From Felis catus (taxonomy: Eukaryota): a stretch of DNA of 64,000 nucleotides. The stretch is from the NCBI RefSeq assembly GCF_018350175.1, contig NC_058368.1, positions 78,680,001-78,744,000 of the forward strand, written 5' to 3'. Shown here piece by piece: positions 52,585 to 64,000 of this stretch. Within the stretch, counting starts at the first letter, position 1, and the number at the start of each line of letters is the position of its first letter. The notes under the pieces are model-generated. The model searched no databases, was not told the DNA's origin, and was given only the letters and a program-made list of their open reading frames with translations. The position numbers and the translations under genes were made by a program.

Positions 52585-53793
52585 AAAATTAAGGGTAAGA
52601 AGATGTGAGGGAACAGAAAGTGTGTCCGTTTACAATTCGTGTGCACAGAGAGAGCCAGGAACAGGGGGGCAAAAGGACATCTGTTGTGCCATGCGGGACC
52701 GCTCTGAGAAATACAGAGAGGACAGGAAAGGCAATACCTTCCTAGATGTTGTCCTGATGGCCGAGGGGCAGGATGCCCAAGGAAGTAGATGGATGCCCCA
52801 CGTGCTGTCAGGTTACTCTCGATCCTGTGAGACAGCCATCTTGGGCAAGTTGTGTTGTAACAAACTACCCACATTTGGAGAATTTGTCTTACGAGGAGAA
52901 TTAAATTCTTCACTGGAGAAAGAGCATCCCAAGAGGAAGCCATTTGGAAGATGAACAGGTGTGGATGCTCTCCTACTAAGGATGCTGTCAGGGTGCAGAC
53001 GGGCGTGAACAGGTACAGATCCAAGAAGCCACATGTGACCGCTGTGGACCGAGCACAGGAATGTGTCTGAGTTCCCTGGGAAGAGACATTTGGACAAAGG
53101 CACTCTGATTTCAGGAAGGGCTGTCTGGAGGGCACGCGGGGCTGGGTGTGGATGGCCTCTGCTGTCACCACCTTACCCTCATTTTGGACAGGCTGTTCTG
53201 CTTCCCTGTTCACCTCCAGGGCACATGCCATCAAAGGGATGGCCTTTCTGGAGAGGGGACTGCTGGAGTAACCGTGTCCGCCAGGACCCGTGGCGCCGCT
53301 TCTGACGTGCAGTCAGCTTTGGGGAAGATGGGGACACACTGGGGATTGGAACACATAAAAGAATTGGGGTGCCATAGCAAAGAAGGTACATGCAGGTAGC
53401 ACTCCAGACTGCCAAGAACCTTCATGGAAAGAGTGTGTTCAGTGAGGCACGAGTTTGAATCTGAGCCATTTCATTCAGTTCTATGTTACAATAGAAAAAA
53501 AAGAGTCACTGTTGCTTTAATTATAGTTTTTGTGGAAAATGCACTAACGGCTTTTTATTGAGACTGTGATATTGCTGTTAACTGTGGAAACCACGAGAGT
53601 GCTTTGGGGAGCTGATGAGCCTTTCTGCGAGGCTGGCCCTGGAGCCAGTGGAAGAAGCAGAGGTCTCCTTATGCCCGGGGCGTTCCTTGTACTAATGAAT
53701 TCACCTTTGCTGTTAAATGGAAACACAGGTCACCTTCCAACTGTGCATTTAGTGTGATAATTGGTATATGTTTTGACCTATTTGGCATTATTC

Positions 53794-54008
53794 TTTTTTA
53801 ATTTTTTTAATGTTTTATTTTTGAGAGAGAGAGAGACAGAGTGCGAGCAGGGGAGAGGCAGAGAGAGAGGGAGACACAGAATCCAAAGCAGGCTCCAGGC
53901 TCTGAGCTGTCAGCACAGAGCCCGACGTGGGGCTCGAACCCACAGACCACAAGATCATGACCTGAGCCGAAGCCCGACGCTTAACTGACTGAGCCACCCA
54001 GGCACCCC
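53794..54008 (-). mobile_element. SINEC SINE
   Basis: ggcatta at both flanks. Confidence 0.92.
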
Positions 54009-54275
54009 CGGCATTAGTAATTTAGATAGAAATGGCCTTGTCCCATAGTGCTTCTTGGAATGATGGGTACACTACTGTCACATGAAAGGAGGTTTAACAT
54101 GCAAAGTATAAGCTTTGTTTTAAACCAATGGGTCCTAACGAGATTAAAAAATAAAGTTAACTGAACCAATGCCTACATGAGCCTAGTGAAGTAATTTCTT
54201 TTTATTATTTGGCCCTACAGAGGGTATCCAGACTGGACACTTTGAAACAATAAAATGCAAAAGTGTTTTCCTCTT

Positions 54276-54923
54276 TCTGGAAAACAGTATGGAGGTTCCT
54301 CAAAAAATTAAAAAAAAAAAACTACCGTATGACCCAGCAGTTGCACTACTAGGTATTTATCCAAAGGATACAGGAGTGTTGATTCAAAGAGGCACATGTA
54401 CCCCAATGTTCATAGCAGCACTATCAACAATAGCCAAAGTACGGAAAGAGCCCAGATGTCCATCCCCTGGTGAATACATAAAGAAGATGTGGTATATATA
54501 TGCCATGGAGTATTACTTGGCGGTTGAAAAGAATGAAATCTTGCCATCTGCAACAACATGGATGGAACTCGAATGTATTGTGCTGAATGAAATGTCAGTC
54601 AGAGAAAGATAAATATCATGTGATTTCACTCATATGTGGAATTCAAGCAACACAACAGATGAATTCAGGGGAAGGGAAGGAAAAATAAGATAAAAACAGA
54701 GAAGGAGGCAAACCATAAGAGACTCTTAAACACAGAGAACAAACTGAGGGTTGCTGGAAGGGGTGGGGGGGTGGGCTAGATGGGTGACGGGCCCTGAGGA
54801 GGGCACCTGTTGGCATGAGCCCTGGGTGTCGTATGGAAGTGATGAATCACGGGGTTCTGCTCCTGAAACCAAGACTACTCTGTATGTTGACTAACTTGAA
54901 TTGAAGTAAATACGATTTTTTTT
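54276..54923 (+). mobile_element. 5'-truncated feline/carnivore L1 (ORF2 C-terminus plus 3' UTR)
   Basis: ORF 54289-54612 reads LPYDPAVALLGIYPKD...CTPMFIAALSTIAK...KKMWYIYAMEYY, the L1 ORF2p C-terminus; TSD-like aaagtgtt(tt)cct at 54260 and 54924. Confidence 0.93.
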
Positions 54924-55177
54924 AAAGTGTTCCTTTTTCTGAATAATTTGCACAGCTGTGATAGGAAATTATATGGACAAATAGAGGATTAAGTTTGAAT
55001 GTGCAGATAGATGCCCTCAGCCCTACATACACGAAGCTGAGGTCAGATGGCGATCAATGTGTCTTTCGCTTTTGTGACTGTTTGCAGTTTAGAGCTGAAT
55101 GAACCGCTACAGGTTTTGTATTCACGGGGTGGATAAAAGACGTGCTCTAACCTCCTTCTCCTCTTTCCGTCCTGCAG

Positions 55178-55248
55178 CGCTCCGGCTCCTGAAGGAGGGC
55201 GCGGATCCGCACACCCCCGTTTCCTCAGGAGGGTCCCTGCTCCATCTG
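55178..55248 (+). CDS. MYO16: Myosin XVI next coding exon (exon 3 by human numbering): (A)LRLLKEGADPHTPVSSGGSLLHL, start of ankyrin repeats
   Basis: Branch point CTCTAAC 55145-55151, long polypyrimidine tract, cctgcAG ending at 55177, donor CTG|GTGAGA at 55249. Joins exon 9363-9626 in frame (G+CG=Ala). Peptide matches recalled MYO16 ...KEVLRLLKEGADPH...GGSLLHL. Confidence 0.95.
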
Positions 55249-55915
55249 GTGAGAACCGTATGGCCTGGGCAGGCCTGGGGGGATGCCGGGGGGAGAATCA
55301 GTCCTGGGTTCCAAACTCAGTTGCCAAATGTACACGTGCCAGAGGCTGGTCAACACATGATGTTTCCAAATGATCAGGCTCAGATATTGACCTGCAGTGT
55401 TTACTTCTGCACTGACGTTTGTAATTAATCTTTGATACATGGAGTCAGAACTCCTGCCCTCAAGAAGATGCTGTAGAAAAAGAAGTAGATGGTATTGTAT
55501 CCATTGGAGACTCCTAGGCAATCATTCTCTTGCTTCTACAAGTTGCTTTTATTGCTGCCGTGAACTTTCTCGATACTCTGCTGGTGACCAGGTTCACATA
55601 AATGTGAATAAAGCTTACCTACATTCCTTTGGGGACCAAGCAGTGAATAAGTCAATCAACAAATAAATAATTGTATGAACACAAGAATATTAGGTTCCTG
55701 TGCAAGAAATTGTTACTGATTCAGGTCAAAATTAAGTGAAAGGTTTCAATTCACTGGTCTTCAAGACTTCATTTTGGAAAATATCAAAATTGACATAATG
55801 TGAAAAACCTCACGTAGGATCATCTACCAAGGTCAGAGATCAGCTGTATTTCTTCGCGGTACTGTGAACTATGTGAAAGAAGGCGATACATCAAACAGCC
55901 GGAAGCTTCAGGACT

Positions 55916-56090
55916 CAGCACGGGTTCTCAGCCCTGACTGCACGTTAGAATCACCCGGGAGCTGTAAAAGACCATCACCCGCCTCCCAACCGTAGCCCCA
56001 TGTCTGGAGATTCTGACTTAATTTTTCTGGGATGTAGCCATTCTGGGCTCCCCCGGCTGATTCTAATTTACAGCCTAGGTTGAGAACCGG
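55916..56090. mobile_element. MER5-like hAT relic
   Basis: ggttctcagccctgactgcacgttagaatcacccgggagc...ggttgagaacc terminal inverted repeats. Confidence 0.72.
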
Positions 56091-56598
56091 TGCATAGAAG
56101 AGAAACTTGTACCCACAGAAGACTCAGGATATCTGGGACACAGACAATCCTCTTATGCACTCAGCAGCATGGAAAAATAACTCAGACTGTTGATAGGTGA
56201 CAGTCTGTAGAAGAAATATAAACTGTTTCTCTCCAGCGTTGGTTGAGACAGATGTCTAGATTACTTTTTCCTTCTCTGCAGTGTTTTGGTCTTGAAATCT
56301 CTCCATTTTACACTCAGATCATTACGTGGCTTGTGTGATGTTTCTGTGGGGCCCTGCCTCATTAATCCCTGGGTCCCGGGTCTGATGGTGATGATAATCC
56401 TAGGCCAGGGACGTGCTGCTAACAGCTTTCTGTAGACAAGCATCCTCCCCTTGGCCGATACGATTATCTCTCTACCAGGAGGTGCAGTGATCAGCATGTT
56501 CAAAAAAGACCAGGCCAGGCTCTACGCTCTTTCCTCAGGAGTGCCTACCCCTGTCTCTATGTCCCCCATCAAAAGAGGATTGGGAGAGGATTAGATCC

Positions 56599-56765
56599 CA
56601 GGCCAGATGCCTCTGGTCTTTTCCTCTCCTATGTAACTTTATGTACACTTACTCCTTTTATTAAATTTGAGGAGATGCCGAAGCTCACGGAGACTCATTT
56701 TTCCCATCTGTGAAATGGACATATTATCTGGGCTCTTGTGCTCAGAGTATTTGTTGTGATGTGTA
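56599..56765 (+). repeat. Copy 1 of a MIR-derived direct repeat
   Basis: Gapless match to 60466-60632; core 56614-56765 has 7 mismatches in 152 bp. Confidence 0.95.
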
Positions 56766-57299
56766 CCTACCGCTGCATGCGTCGTGATGATCAGATAGAT
56801 ACGAAAATAACTTTTAAGCCACGACGTGCCTCTGATATGTTAGATATTGATCAACATATACATTATATTGTATTATTTATGATGCATTTTCATATGAATT
56901 AATTTTTCATTCTCAGTGTGGTTGAGAATATGCCTCTATTACCTTCCTAGTTGGAATGAGAAAACAGGAGAATGAAACACTTTGGCCAGGGTCACATAGT
57001 AGCAGACAGTACAGAGCTTTCCCTCTGGCCTCTGAGGACAAATACAACATTCTTGTCGTGTGTTTTCCAATAACACCTGCAAGCTGTTCGTTTGAGTTTT
57101 CAGAGAACACACCATTATTCTAATCCGAGTGCTGGAAGACCTGTTCTGCGAACAAATCACGTCAATGCATTGTTAATATTGCCAAGAATGCATTATTACT
57201 GAGTGTGTGTCTTTGTGAGAGAGAGAAAGAAACAGCCACTTCTTTATATATGTTATGCACTTGAGGGTAACGAGCCCATGAAAGTGCATCCTAGCCTTC

Positions 57300-58000
57300 G
57301 GCAAATCAGCGGTTGCTTTCTGGACATCTGACACACAGCCAGATGCCATTGTCTCCCTTCCCCCGGACCACGGCCACCCTCTCTTAAACCATCATCCCTT
57401 CCCTGGGTAGGGAGCATCATCTCTCCTCTCCCCAACCCTCCTCGCCTACCCTGAAGTCCGTTCCCATGCAGAAGCCCAATCAGCGTCACTCATCCATCCG
57501 AATATCCCAGACGCTTTCCTTCTCGCTCCAAGAAAAACCCAAAGTCCTACATAGAGCCATCCCGTGACCTGCTCCGCTGTGGCCCCGCCCCAGCTACTCC
57601 CCTCTTGTTCCCGTAGCTCCTTGCTGTGCCCACCATGTTCACAGGTGCTCCCTGCCCCAGTCCTTTCCACCTGGAACATTGCTCCGCAGGTGTCCACGCA
57701 GCCCATGCCTTCATTTGCTTGGGTCTCTATTCAGAAGTCCTCTAACACAACAGGCTCCCCTGGCTTGCCCTGGAGGATGTAGCAGCCTGCTGTCATGACT
57801 CCACGACCAACTTGACTTTCAGCTGGCTGCTGGTTTCTTTCTGGTGCCACCAAACAGACTACGGACCCGACGATTACGTTCTGTTTATTAGACTGTGTGC
57901 TCCCTGAGAGCAGGCACTGGGCATATTCTCCTCAGCCTATTTTATCTGCCGGGCCTGGGGGGTGCCCAGCATGCAGACGATGCTCAGCAGGTTTGTTGAG
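57300..58000 (+). mobile_element. L2 fragment
   Basis: cctttccacctggaacattgctcc, ctccctgagagcaggcactgg and atgctcagcaggtttgttga motifs. Confidence 0.6.
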
Positions 58001-59448
58001 TAGGAAAGTTGGTGCGTTAACTACTTAATTAATAACCGATGCTGTGATAGGTATTAGGGGTGCGAAGGTTCAGAACACATTCTGTGCCCATATGGAGTTT
58101 AGTTTTCTGAGGGAGAGAGAAAAAACAAACACCAATTGGAGAAGACCCAGAATACGGGTAAGCAGAAAACAGTGAAAGAGAAAGATAAGGAGGCCACGCC
58201 TGCCTGGGGAGAACATTCTGACATCTTTGTCCACCCTCCTGATCAGACTTAATTACCCTTTTATCGAAGATCTCCTAGCGCACCATCCTGGCTTCTAGCG
58301 ATCTTGTCACGATGGGTTCTCATTAATGGATGATATGCCTTTTCTCTCTGCTAGCCTGAATTTTCAAAACCTGTGACTGTCTTAGATACTTTCATGTCCT
58401 TGGCATGTAATGTATAGGAAATACTCAATCCATTATCCATGAATGAACGAATGCATGCATGCATGCATGCCTGGGCTCCAAGGACGTGAGGATCTCTTTG
58501 GCTAACGTGAAATTAGTTATTTGAGGCCCAGGTCACAGAGTATAAAGATTCAGAAATGGTGGAATCAGAAGGAAAAAAGAAAGGAGAGGATTAAAGCGAT
58601 AAGATAGAGGGAAATGCTGCATCAACTTCACACTCAGTGCACGTATGTAGCGTTTCTCTACCGGGAGGCAGGGCTGTGAGCCTCAGATAAAGGGCAGGCG
58701 CAAGAGGAGTGCGCATGAGAAAGCCCGGTGACAGCTAACCGGCTACGGGCATGGTGCTGAGTCCCCTTTTGCTGGGGTTCCCGAGTAAATAAAAGCAAAT
58801 GAAAAATTGCAGGTTGCCAGAGGGAGAAAATTACAGGGTTTCAACGTGCCGTAGGTATTGAAAAAGGCAATTTAGGCATCTGAAATGTCAACCGAGCCTG
58901 TCTGCTGTTCGCCCCACCTTGGGGGCATCCTGCGTTAGGAAGCCTGATGTGTTATCAGCACCGAAGCTCTAATTATAGATGCTCAGATCAACGTCTTTGG
59001 GGAAAAAAGGCAGCATATGTTTGTGTGGGCCACCGAGAATAAGCTGCGGAGATTGTTGAGATTTCCGGAGTTTCGTTCGTTTAACTTAGTTAACGCTGAG
59101 TGAACTCATTCCAAGTGTAGATTTCGGTACATTTCTCTCAGAAGTGCCAGGACAATTTTGATGTTGGAGATGAACAAATGCCATTGGATTACAGGTAGAT
59201 ATTTGCGAAGAAGGTTTTAGTGTATTTTATCGTATAAAATCTTTAGTTCTATCTAATTTTCACACTTTCCACCAATGCCTCCCATTAGCTTGTTTACCTG
59301 CCCTTCATTAAATAATTCACGTATCAAACATATGGCAGGTGTCAACTCCTGTGAGAGACAGGGGGGAGATATTGACAGCAGGTAACTGTATCTGCACCCC
59401 AGGCATTTCGTCTTGGGAGGGCAAATAGACGAAAACTCAGATTTAACT

Positions 59449-59653
59449 CCTGAGTGGCTCAGTCGCTTAAACGTCTGACTCCTGATTTCGGCTCAGGGTC
59501 ATGGTCTCAGAGTTTGTGAATTCGACTCCCACATTGGTCTCTGTGCTGACGGTTCAGAGTCTGCTTGGGATTCTCTCTCTCCCTCTCTCTCTGCCCCTCC
59601 CCTGCTCATACTCTCTCTCACTCAAAATAAGTAAATAAACTTGAAAAAATAAA
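59449..59653 (+). mobile_element. SINEC SINE, slightly 5'-truncated
   Basis: gtggctcagtcgcttaaacgtctgactc head, CT tract, A tail. Confidence 0.88.
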
Positions 59654-60465
59654 TTATGATATTTATGGATTCGGAAACAGAATCACATAGGTTTTGCTAA
59701 AATACTGTCCAGGGTTTTATGTTCTGACCGCTAATAAATGAGCTCTTGAGAAGGAGCTCGTGATGGTAACCAAACCCTCTTGAATGGGGTATGAAATCCA
59801 AATTCTTTTAATGTGACAGCAGCAGACCCCAGTGAAGCTTAAGTGAAATACGTTAGAAATGGGCAATACTTTCTTTGACCTGGTGGATTCTAGTTTGACA
59901 TAAAGACAGGTCTTTGCATGGTGGACATCAGGTAGCTATCAAAAATACTGAGCCGCAGCAGATACGGGAATCTGTTCACGACATATTGGTAAATACCAAA
60001 AGTAGGTTAGAGTGTAGTATATTTAGTACAGTCAGGTAGATAGATGAGACGAGGGAAAGAGAGAAACTTTTTCAAAAGCAGAGAAAATCTTGATGGCTAG
60101 AGAAAAATTTTTAACAGTGACTCAGGCTGGGGAAAGGAGACAAAGTCTGTTCATTTTTACTCTGTCTTTTTACATATTGCTCGATCATTTACAATAATCA
60201 GCATGTATCTTTCACATAATAGAAGAAATTAATCAAAGTGGTTACGGCTGCGTTTTTATTAGAAGCTTAAATTTTAATCACTTCCTGCTCTTACGAGAAA
60301 GTCTGGTGTCTGAATTGGCTGTTCATTGGACTTCACTATACACGTCTTTCAAGTTTCAGGAGCTGGGAGAAGCAGTAGTAATTAGAAAATAACCACAGTA
60401 GCAGCTTTTCAACATCTTAGTATCTTTTAAATTGAGGAGAAAATAGTGTATTTTGAAAAGAGTCA

Positions 60466-60632
60466 CAGGCCAGCTGTTGTTGGTCTTTTCCTCTCATATG
60501 TAACTTCATGTACACTTATTCCTTTCATTAAATTTGAGGAGATGCTGAAGCTCACGGAGACTCATTTTTTCCATCTGTGAAATGGGCATATTATCTGGGC
60601 TCTTGTGCTCAGAGTATTTGTTGTGATGTGTA
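60466..60632 (+). repeat. Copy 2 of the MIR-derived direct repeat
   Basis: Constant offset of 3,867 bp from copy 1. Confidence 0.95.
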
Positions 60633-60669
60633 TATTAGGACTGTGGAGGAAACGTCTAAAGCAAGATTT

Positions 60670-60866
60670 CATTTTATTTTAAAGTTTATTTACTTATTTT
60701 GAGAGGGTGGTGCAGAGAGAGAGAGGGAGAGAGAGAGAATTTCAGGCAGGCTCCGCACTGTCAGCACAGAGCCCGGTGCAGGGCTCGATCTCATGAACCC
60801 TGAGATTGTGACCTGAGCCAAATTCCAGAGTCAGACGCTTAACCCGCTGAGACACCCAGGCACCCC
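60670..60866 (-). mobile_element. SINEC SINE
   Basis: TSD-like aagattt...attttaaa at both flanks. Confidence 0.9.
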
Positions 60867-61354
60867 AAGAAAGATTTTATTTTAAAACTGATTTAGGTAT
60901 TAAAGAACAAACATGGTGGATAGATATGTGGAAGTTGTCTACACTTTCCCTGCCCACCCACTCCGGAGCGTCTGGGCATCCACCAGGTTACTCTACCCTC
61001 CTTTGCTTTCCTGGAAGGTATAAGGGGAAAGCTGTAAGGCCGAGTGCTGGCAAGAAATGAATCATAGCAGAAGAAAATGTGCCCTCTCCAGGGACTGTCC
61101 CTGGGAGTTTCTTGGGTGATGGGGAACAGGGGACATTGATACAGGATGGTACACCAGGAAGCAGAGGCGATTGAATGAGCAAGATGGACCCAAGTGATCA
61201 TGTCATTGAGGAGGAGAGCCCAACCATTCTGCAGTCTGAGGACGATGCTAGAAAGTGCTAGAAGTAGAGTTTCTGTTGCCTGGAAACCATGACTCCTTTA
61301 AATTTTTCCAAGGATGTAATTAATTCAATTTTTTTTAAAGTTTTACTTATTTTT

Positions 61355-61560
61355 CAACGTTTATTTATTTTTGGGGGGACAGAGAGAGACAGAGAATGAA
61401 CGGGGGAGGGGCAGAGAGAGAGGGAGACACAGAATCGGAAACAGGCTCCAGGCTCTGAGCCATCAGCCCAGAGCCTGACGCGGGGCTCGAACTCACGGAC
61501 CGTGAGATCGTGACCTGGCTGAAGTCGGACGCTTAACCGACTGCGCCACCCAGGTGCCCC
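61355..61560 (-). mobile_element. SINEC_Fc young subfamily nested in the tail of an older SINE
   Basis: TSD aaagttttacttattttt at 61337-61354 and 61561-61578. Confidence 0.95.
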
Positions 61561-61766
61561 AAAGTTTTACTTATTTTTGAGAGACAGAGAGAGACTGAGC
61601 GTGAGCAAGGGAGGGGCAGAGAGAGAGGGAGACACAGAATCCGAAGCAGGCTCCAGGCTCTGAGCTGTCAGTACAGAGCCCGACGCGGGGCTTGAACTCA
61701 TGAGCAGTGAAATTATGACCTGAGCCAAAGTCGGATGTTTAACCGGCTGAGCCACCCGGGTGCCCC
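61561..61766 (-). mobile_element. Older SINEC SINE (host; its tail continues at about 61329-61354)
   Basis: Full body ending ccgggtgcccc. Confidence 0.92.
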
Positions 61767-63228
61767 AAAAGTCAAATGTGTGGCCCAACTTTGCATGGTA
61801 AAATCCAGCATTTCTTTTGTCTGTGAGAATCATGTTATCCATAACTGGAAAGTCTGAGTCCAGCATTTTATCATTAATAGAGTATCCATCTGAATCTTGA
61901 ATGAAAATCTTAACCTTGATCTATACTGCGAGTATATTTTTATTTGGATTGCCTGCGTGCGTGGCTTAGGGGGTAAAAGTGCACGTTGTGGCATTTCTCA
62001 GAAGGTCACCAGAAACCGAATGGAGTGAGTTTTCATTTTTGAGCAAATGTACTACACAGGACTGGTTCATTCAAAAATTCTAAAAAATTCTGTAGTAAAG
62101 TTACCAGCGAGGTTTTTGTTTTGTTGTTTTGTTTTGCTTCTGCAATAATAGAACCCAATTTATAATGAATCAGAATCTTTCATGACAGGGTGAAGGCAGA
62201 TGGGTGAGGAATTCTTTACAGATGTCTTTGATCTGTGAGCCCCTCTGAGAAAAATCCCAGCCAACCAGCATGGAGAGCACTGGGACAGAGCCTTCCCAAC
62301 TGGAACTTGGATGTTGCACCCAGAAAGGTTTCCCCTGAGGTATCAGCTTGAAACTCCTGCTCAGAAAGGCCTTCCATGCCAAATGATGTGTAATTCCCCA
62401 AAGAGCTATTTGCATTCCTCCTCCAGATTGTTCATGCTGTTTCCTACTTTGGGGTGCTTCTCTGAGATGGCCCCACAGCTCACTGGACTTCCCTGTCATA
62501 CTTCTCTTTTGACTGCATTGCCCTCTTGAATTTGGCTATTGACTGGGGACAGTATCTAGTTCATAGACCAACTCTGGCATGGCACCACCCTGGGCGTATG
62601 GTAGATCTTCAGTGAATAATTAATCGATTATGATTAATGTCTCAGCCCACTTCCCCCCACAATCCTTCAAGACTCAGATCCTGTTCTGAGTACCCCATAT
62701 TGGAGTACTATTCCAGTTCTATTCAGGCTGTTGGTAGCCCCCACCGTGACTCTATAGAATGCTCTCAACACCCTCAATCTCATTTAAGTGGGTTGTCTGG
62801 TACTATGTTATTAAACATTACATGTTTAATTAAATTACATTAAACAAGTGTAGTTACTATGTCATTAAACGTTACATGTACATTTCCAAGCACAGTACCT
62901 GGAATAGAGGGTTGCGTAACAAAATCTTGGTGATCCAAAGTGAAGCAAACCAATATTGCAGCCGAAGGGGCAGAGTTTACATTCACTTAAAAGGATAAAA
63001 GTTTGATTAGGATTTAAAATTTTCTGGAAATGCATCAATGGTACATCTGAATCTCTTTAGAAATAGCTGGTTTTATAATTAGAGTTTGGTTCAATTGGCT
63101 GGAAGATATGTGTGTTTGGAAGGCAGGTGGCAATAATAATAACCGTAATTCAACTAACTCTAGATGTTCTGGGTCATTTCTGTATGGCAAGGTAATCTGC
63201 AGTACAAGTATTTACCAGGGAGAAGATA

Positions 63229-63699
63229 CAGATCTTCTTTGACTTACGATGGGGTTATGTCTGGATAAACCACGGAAGTTGAAAATATCCTTAAGTCAAA
63301 ATGCATTTGGTACGTCTAACCTACTGAACATTATAGCTGAGTCTAGGCTGCCTTAAACGTGCTCAGAACATGGACATTAGCCTACAGTTGGGCAAAACTC
63401 ATTGAACGCAAAGCTCATTTCCTAATAAAATGTTGACTACCTCCTGCAATTTATTGAATTCTCTACCGAAAATGACACGCACAGAATGGTTACCTGGGTG
63501 CAGAATGGTTGTCAGCATCTCGGTTGTCTCTGCTCACCATGGCGTGGCTGCGTGGGGGCTGTGTCTGCTGCCCCAGCATCACGAGAGGGTGAACTGCGTG
63601 TTGCCAGCTCTGGACAGGATCCAAATTCAAAATTCTTTCACACCTTCGTAACGTCTAAATATCATTAAGTTGAACCATGGTTAAGTCCGAGACCATCTG
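63229..63699. mobile_element. TcMar-Tigger non-autonomous element (MER47/Tigger5-like)
   Basis: gacttacgatggggtta, gttgaaaatatc and ttagcctacagttgggcaaa motifs; imperfect TIRs cagat...gactta / taagtc...atctg; TA on the left and CA on the right. Confidence 0.85.
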
Positions 63700-64000
63700 C
63701 ACGTGAAAAGCAAAAATGATGAGAGGTATGGTCAAGAGCATGTAATGAGTGAAGTTCCTCAATGTGAGATAGTGGCAGATAAGTCGAAGTGATTTTGTGC
63801 AGATCCAGGCACTGGCTGGAAAGGCTGGCCAGTAGGATTGATATTCAGTACAAAGGGCCATATGGAAGTTCTAGAGAGATTTCAAAAAATTTAAAAATTG
63901 CAACAGATTCAAATTCATTTTGCTACTGATAGAAATCTCTATACGTGTGTGTCCCTGTCTCTGTCCATCTGTGTCTGGTTGTAGAAATGTTTTGAATCGC

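Noticed and set aside
52572..53234. 220-aa minus-strand ORF
   Set aside because: No recognisable protein similarity; ends in a SINE tail; consistent with a chance ORF.
54289..54612. 107-aa ORF as a host gene
   Set aside because: It is the C-terminus of L1 ORF2p in a 5'-truncated element.
55099..55428. 109-aa ORF as a gene
   Set aside because: Only the 71-nt spliced exon is MYO16-like; the N-terminal part translates the polypyrimidine tract.
56599..60632. The direct repeats as LTRs of a 4-kb retroelement
   Set aside because: No TG...CA ends, primer-binding site, polypurine tract, TSD or gag/pol remnants; the interior is ordinary L2/SINE/unique sequence.
55249..64000. Next MYO16 exon (further ankyrin repeats)
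   Set aside because: No matching peptide or convincing exon found; it presumably lies beyond the window.

Overview
Repeat-rich mammalian genomic DNA from a cat-family (felid) genome, judged by about 37 feline-type tRNA-derived SINEC copies. The window lies inside the + strand gene MYO16 (unconventional myosin XVI). Only two coding exons are present: 9363-9626 (264 nt, carrying the MEIDQ start region plus MyPhoNE- and RVxF-type PP1-docking motifs) and 55178-55248 (71 nt, start of the ankyrin-repeat region), separated by a 45,551-nt GT-AG intron. The rest is intronic: SINEs (7 of a young subfamily, mostly with clean target-site duplications, TSDs), L1/L2/MIR fragments, MaLR/ERVL LTRs, two ERV1-like solo LTRs, hAT/Tigger DNA transposon relics and microsatellites. 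I see no convincing new biological system. The best leads are a frame-symmetric, stop-free, AUG-containing exon that could circularise or be skipped, a 95%-identical gapless 152-bp MIR-derived direct repeat 3,867 bp apart, strong antisense bias of SINEs, closely spaced inverted SINE pairs and several probably polymorphic young insertions. Repeat-family names and human MYO16 comparisons come from recall, not database searches; boundaries of old repeats are approximate.
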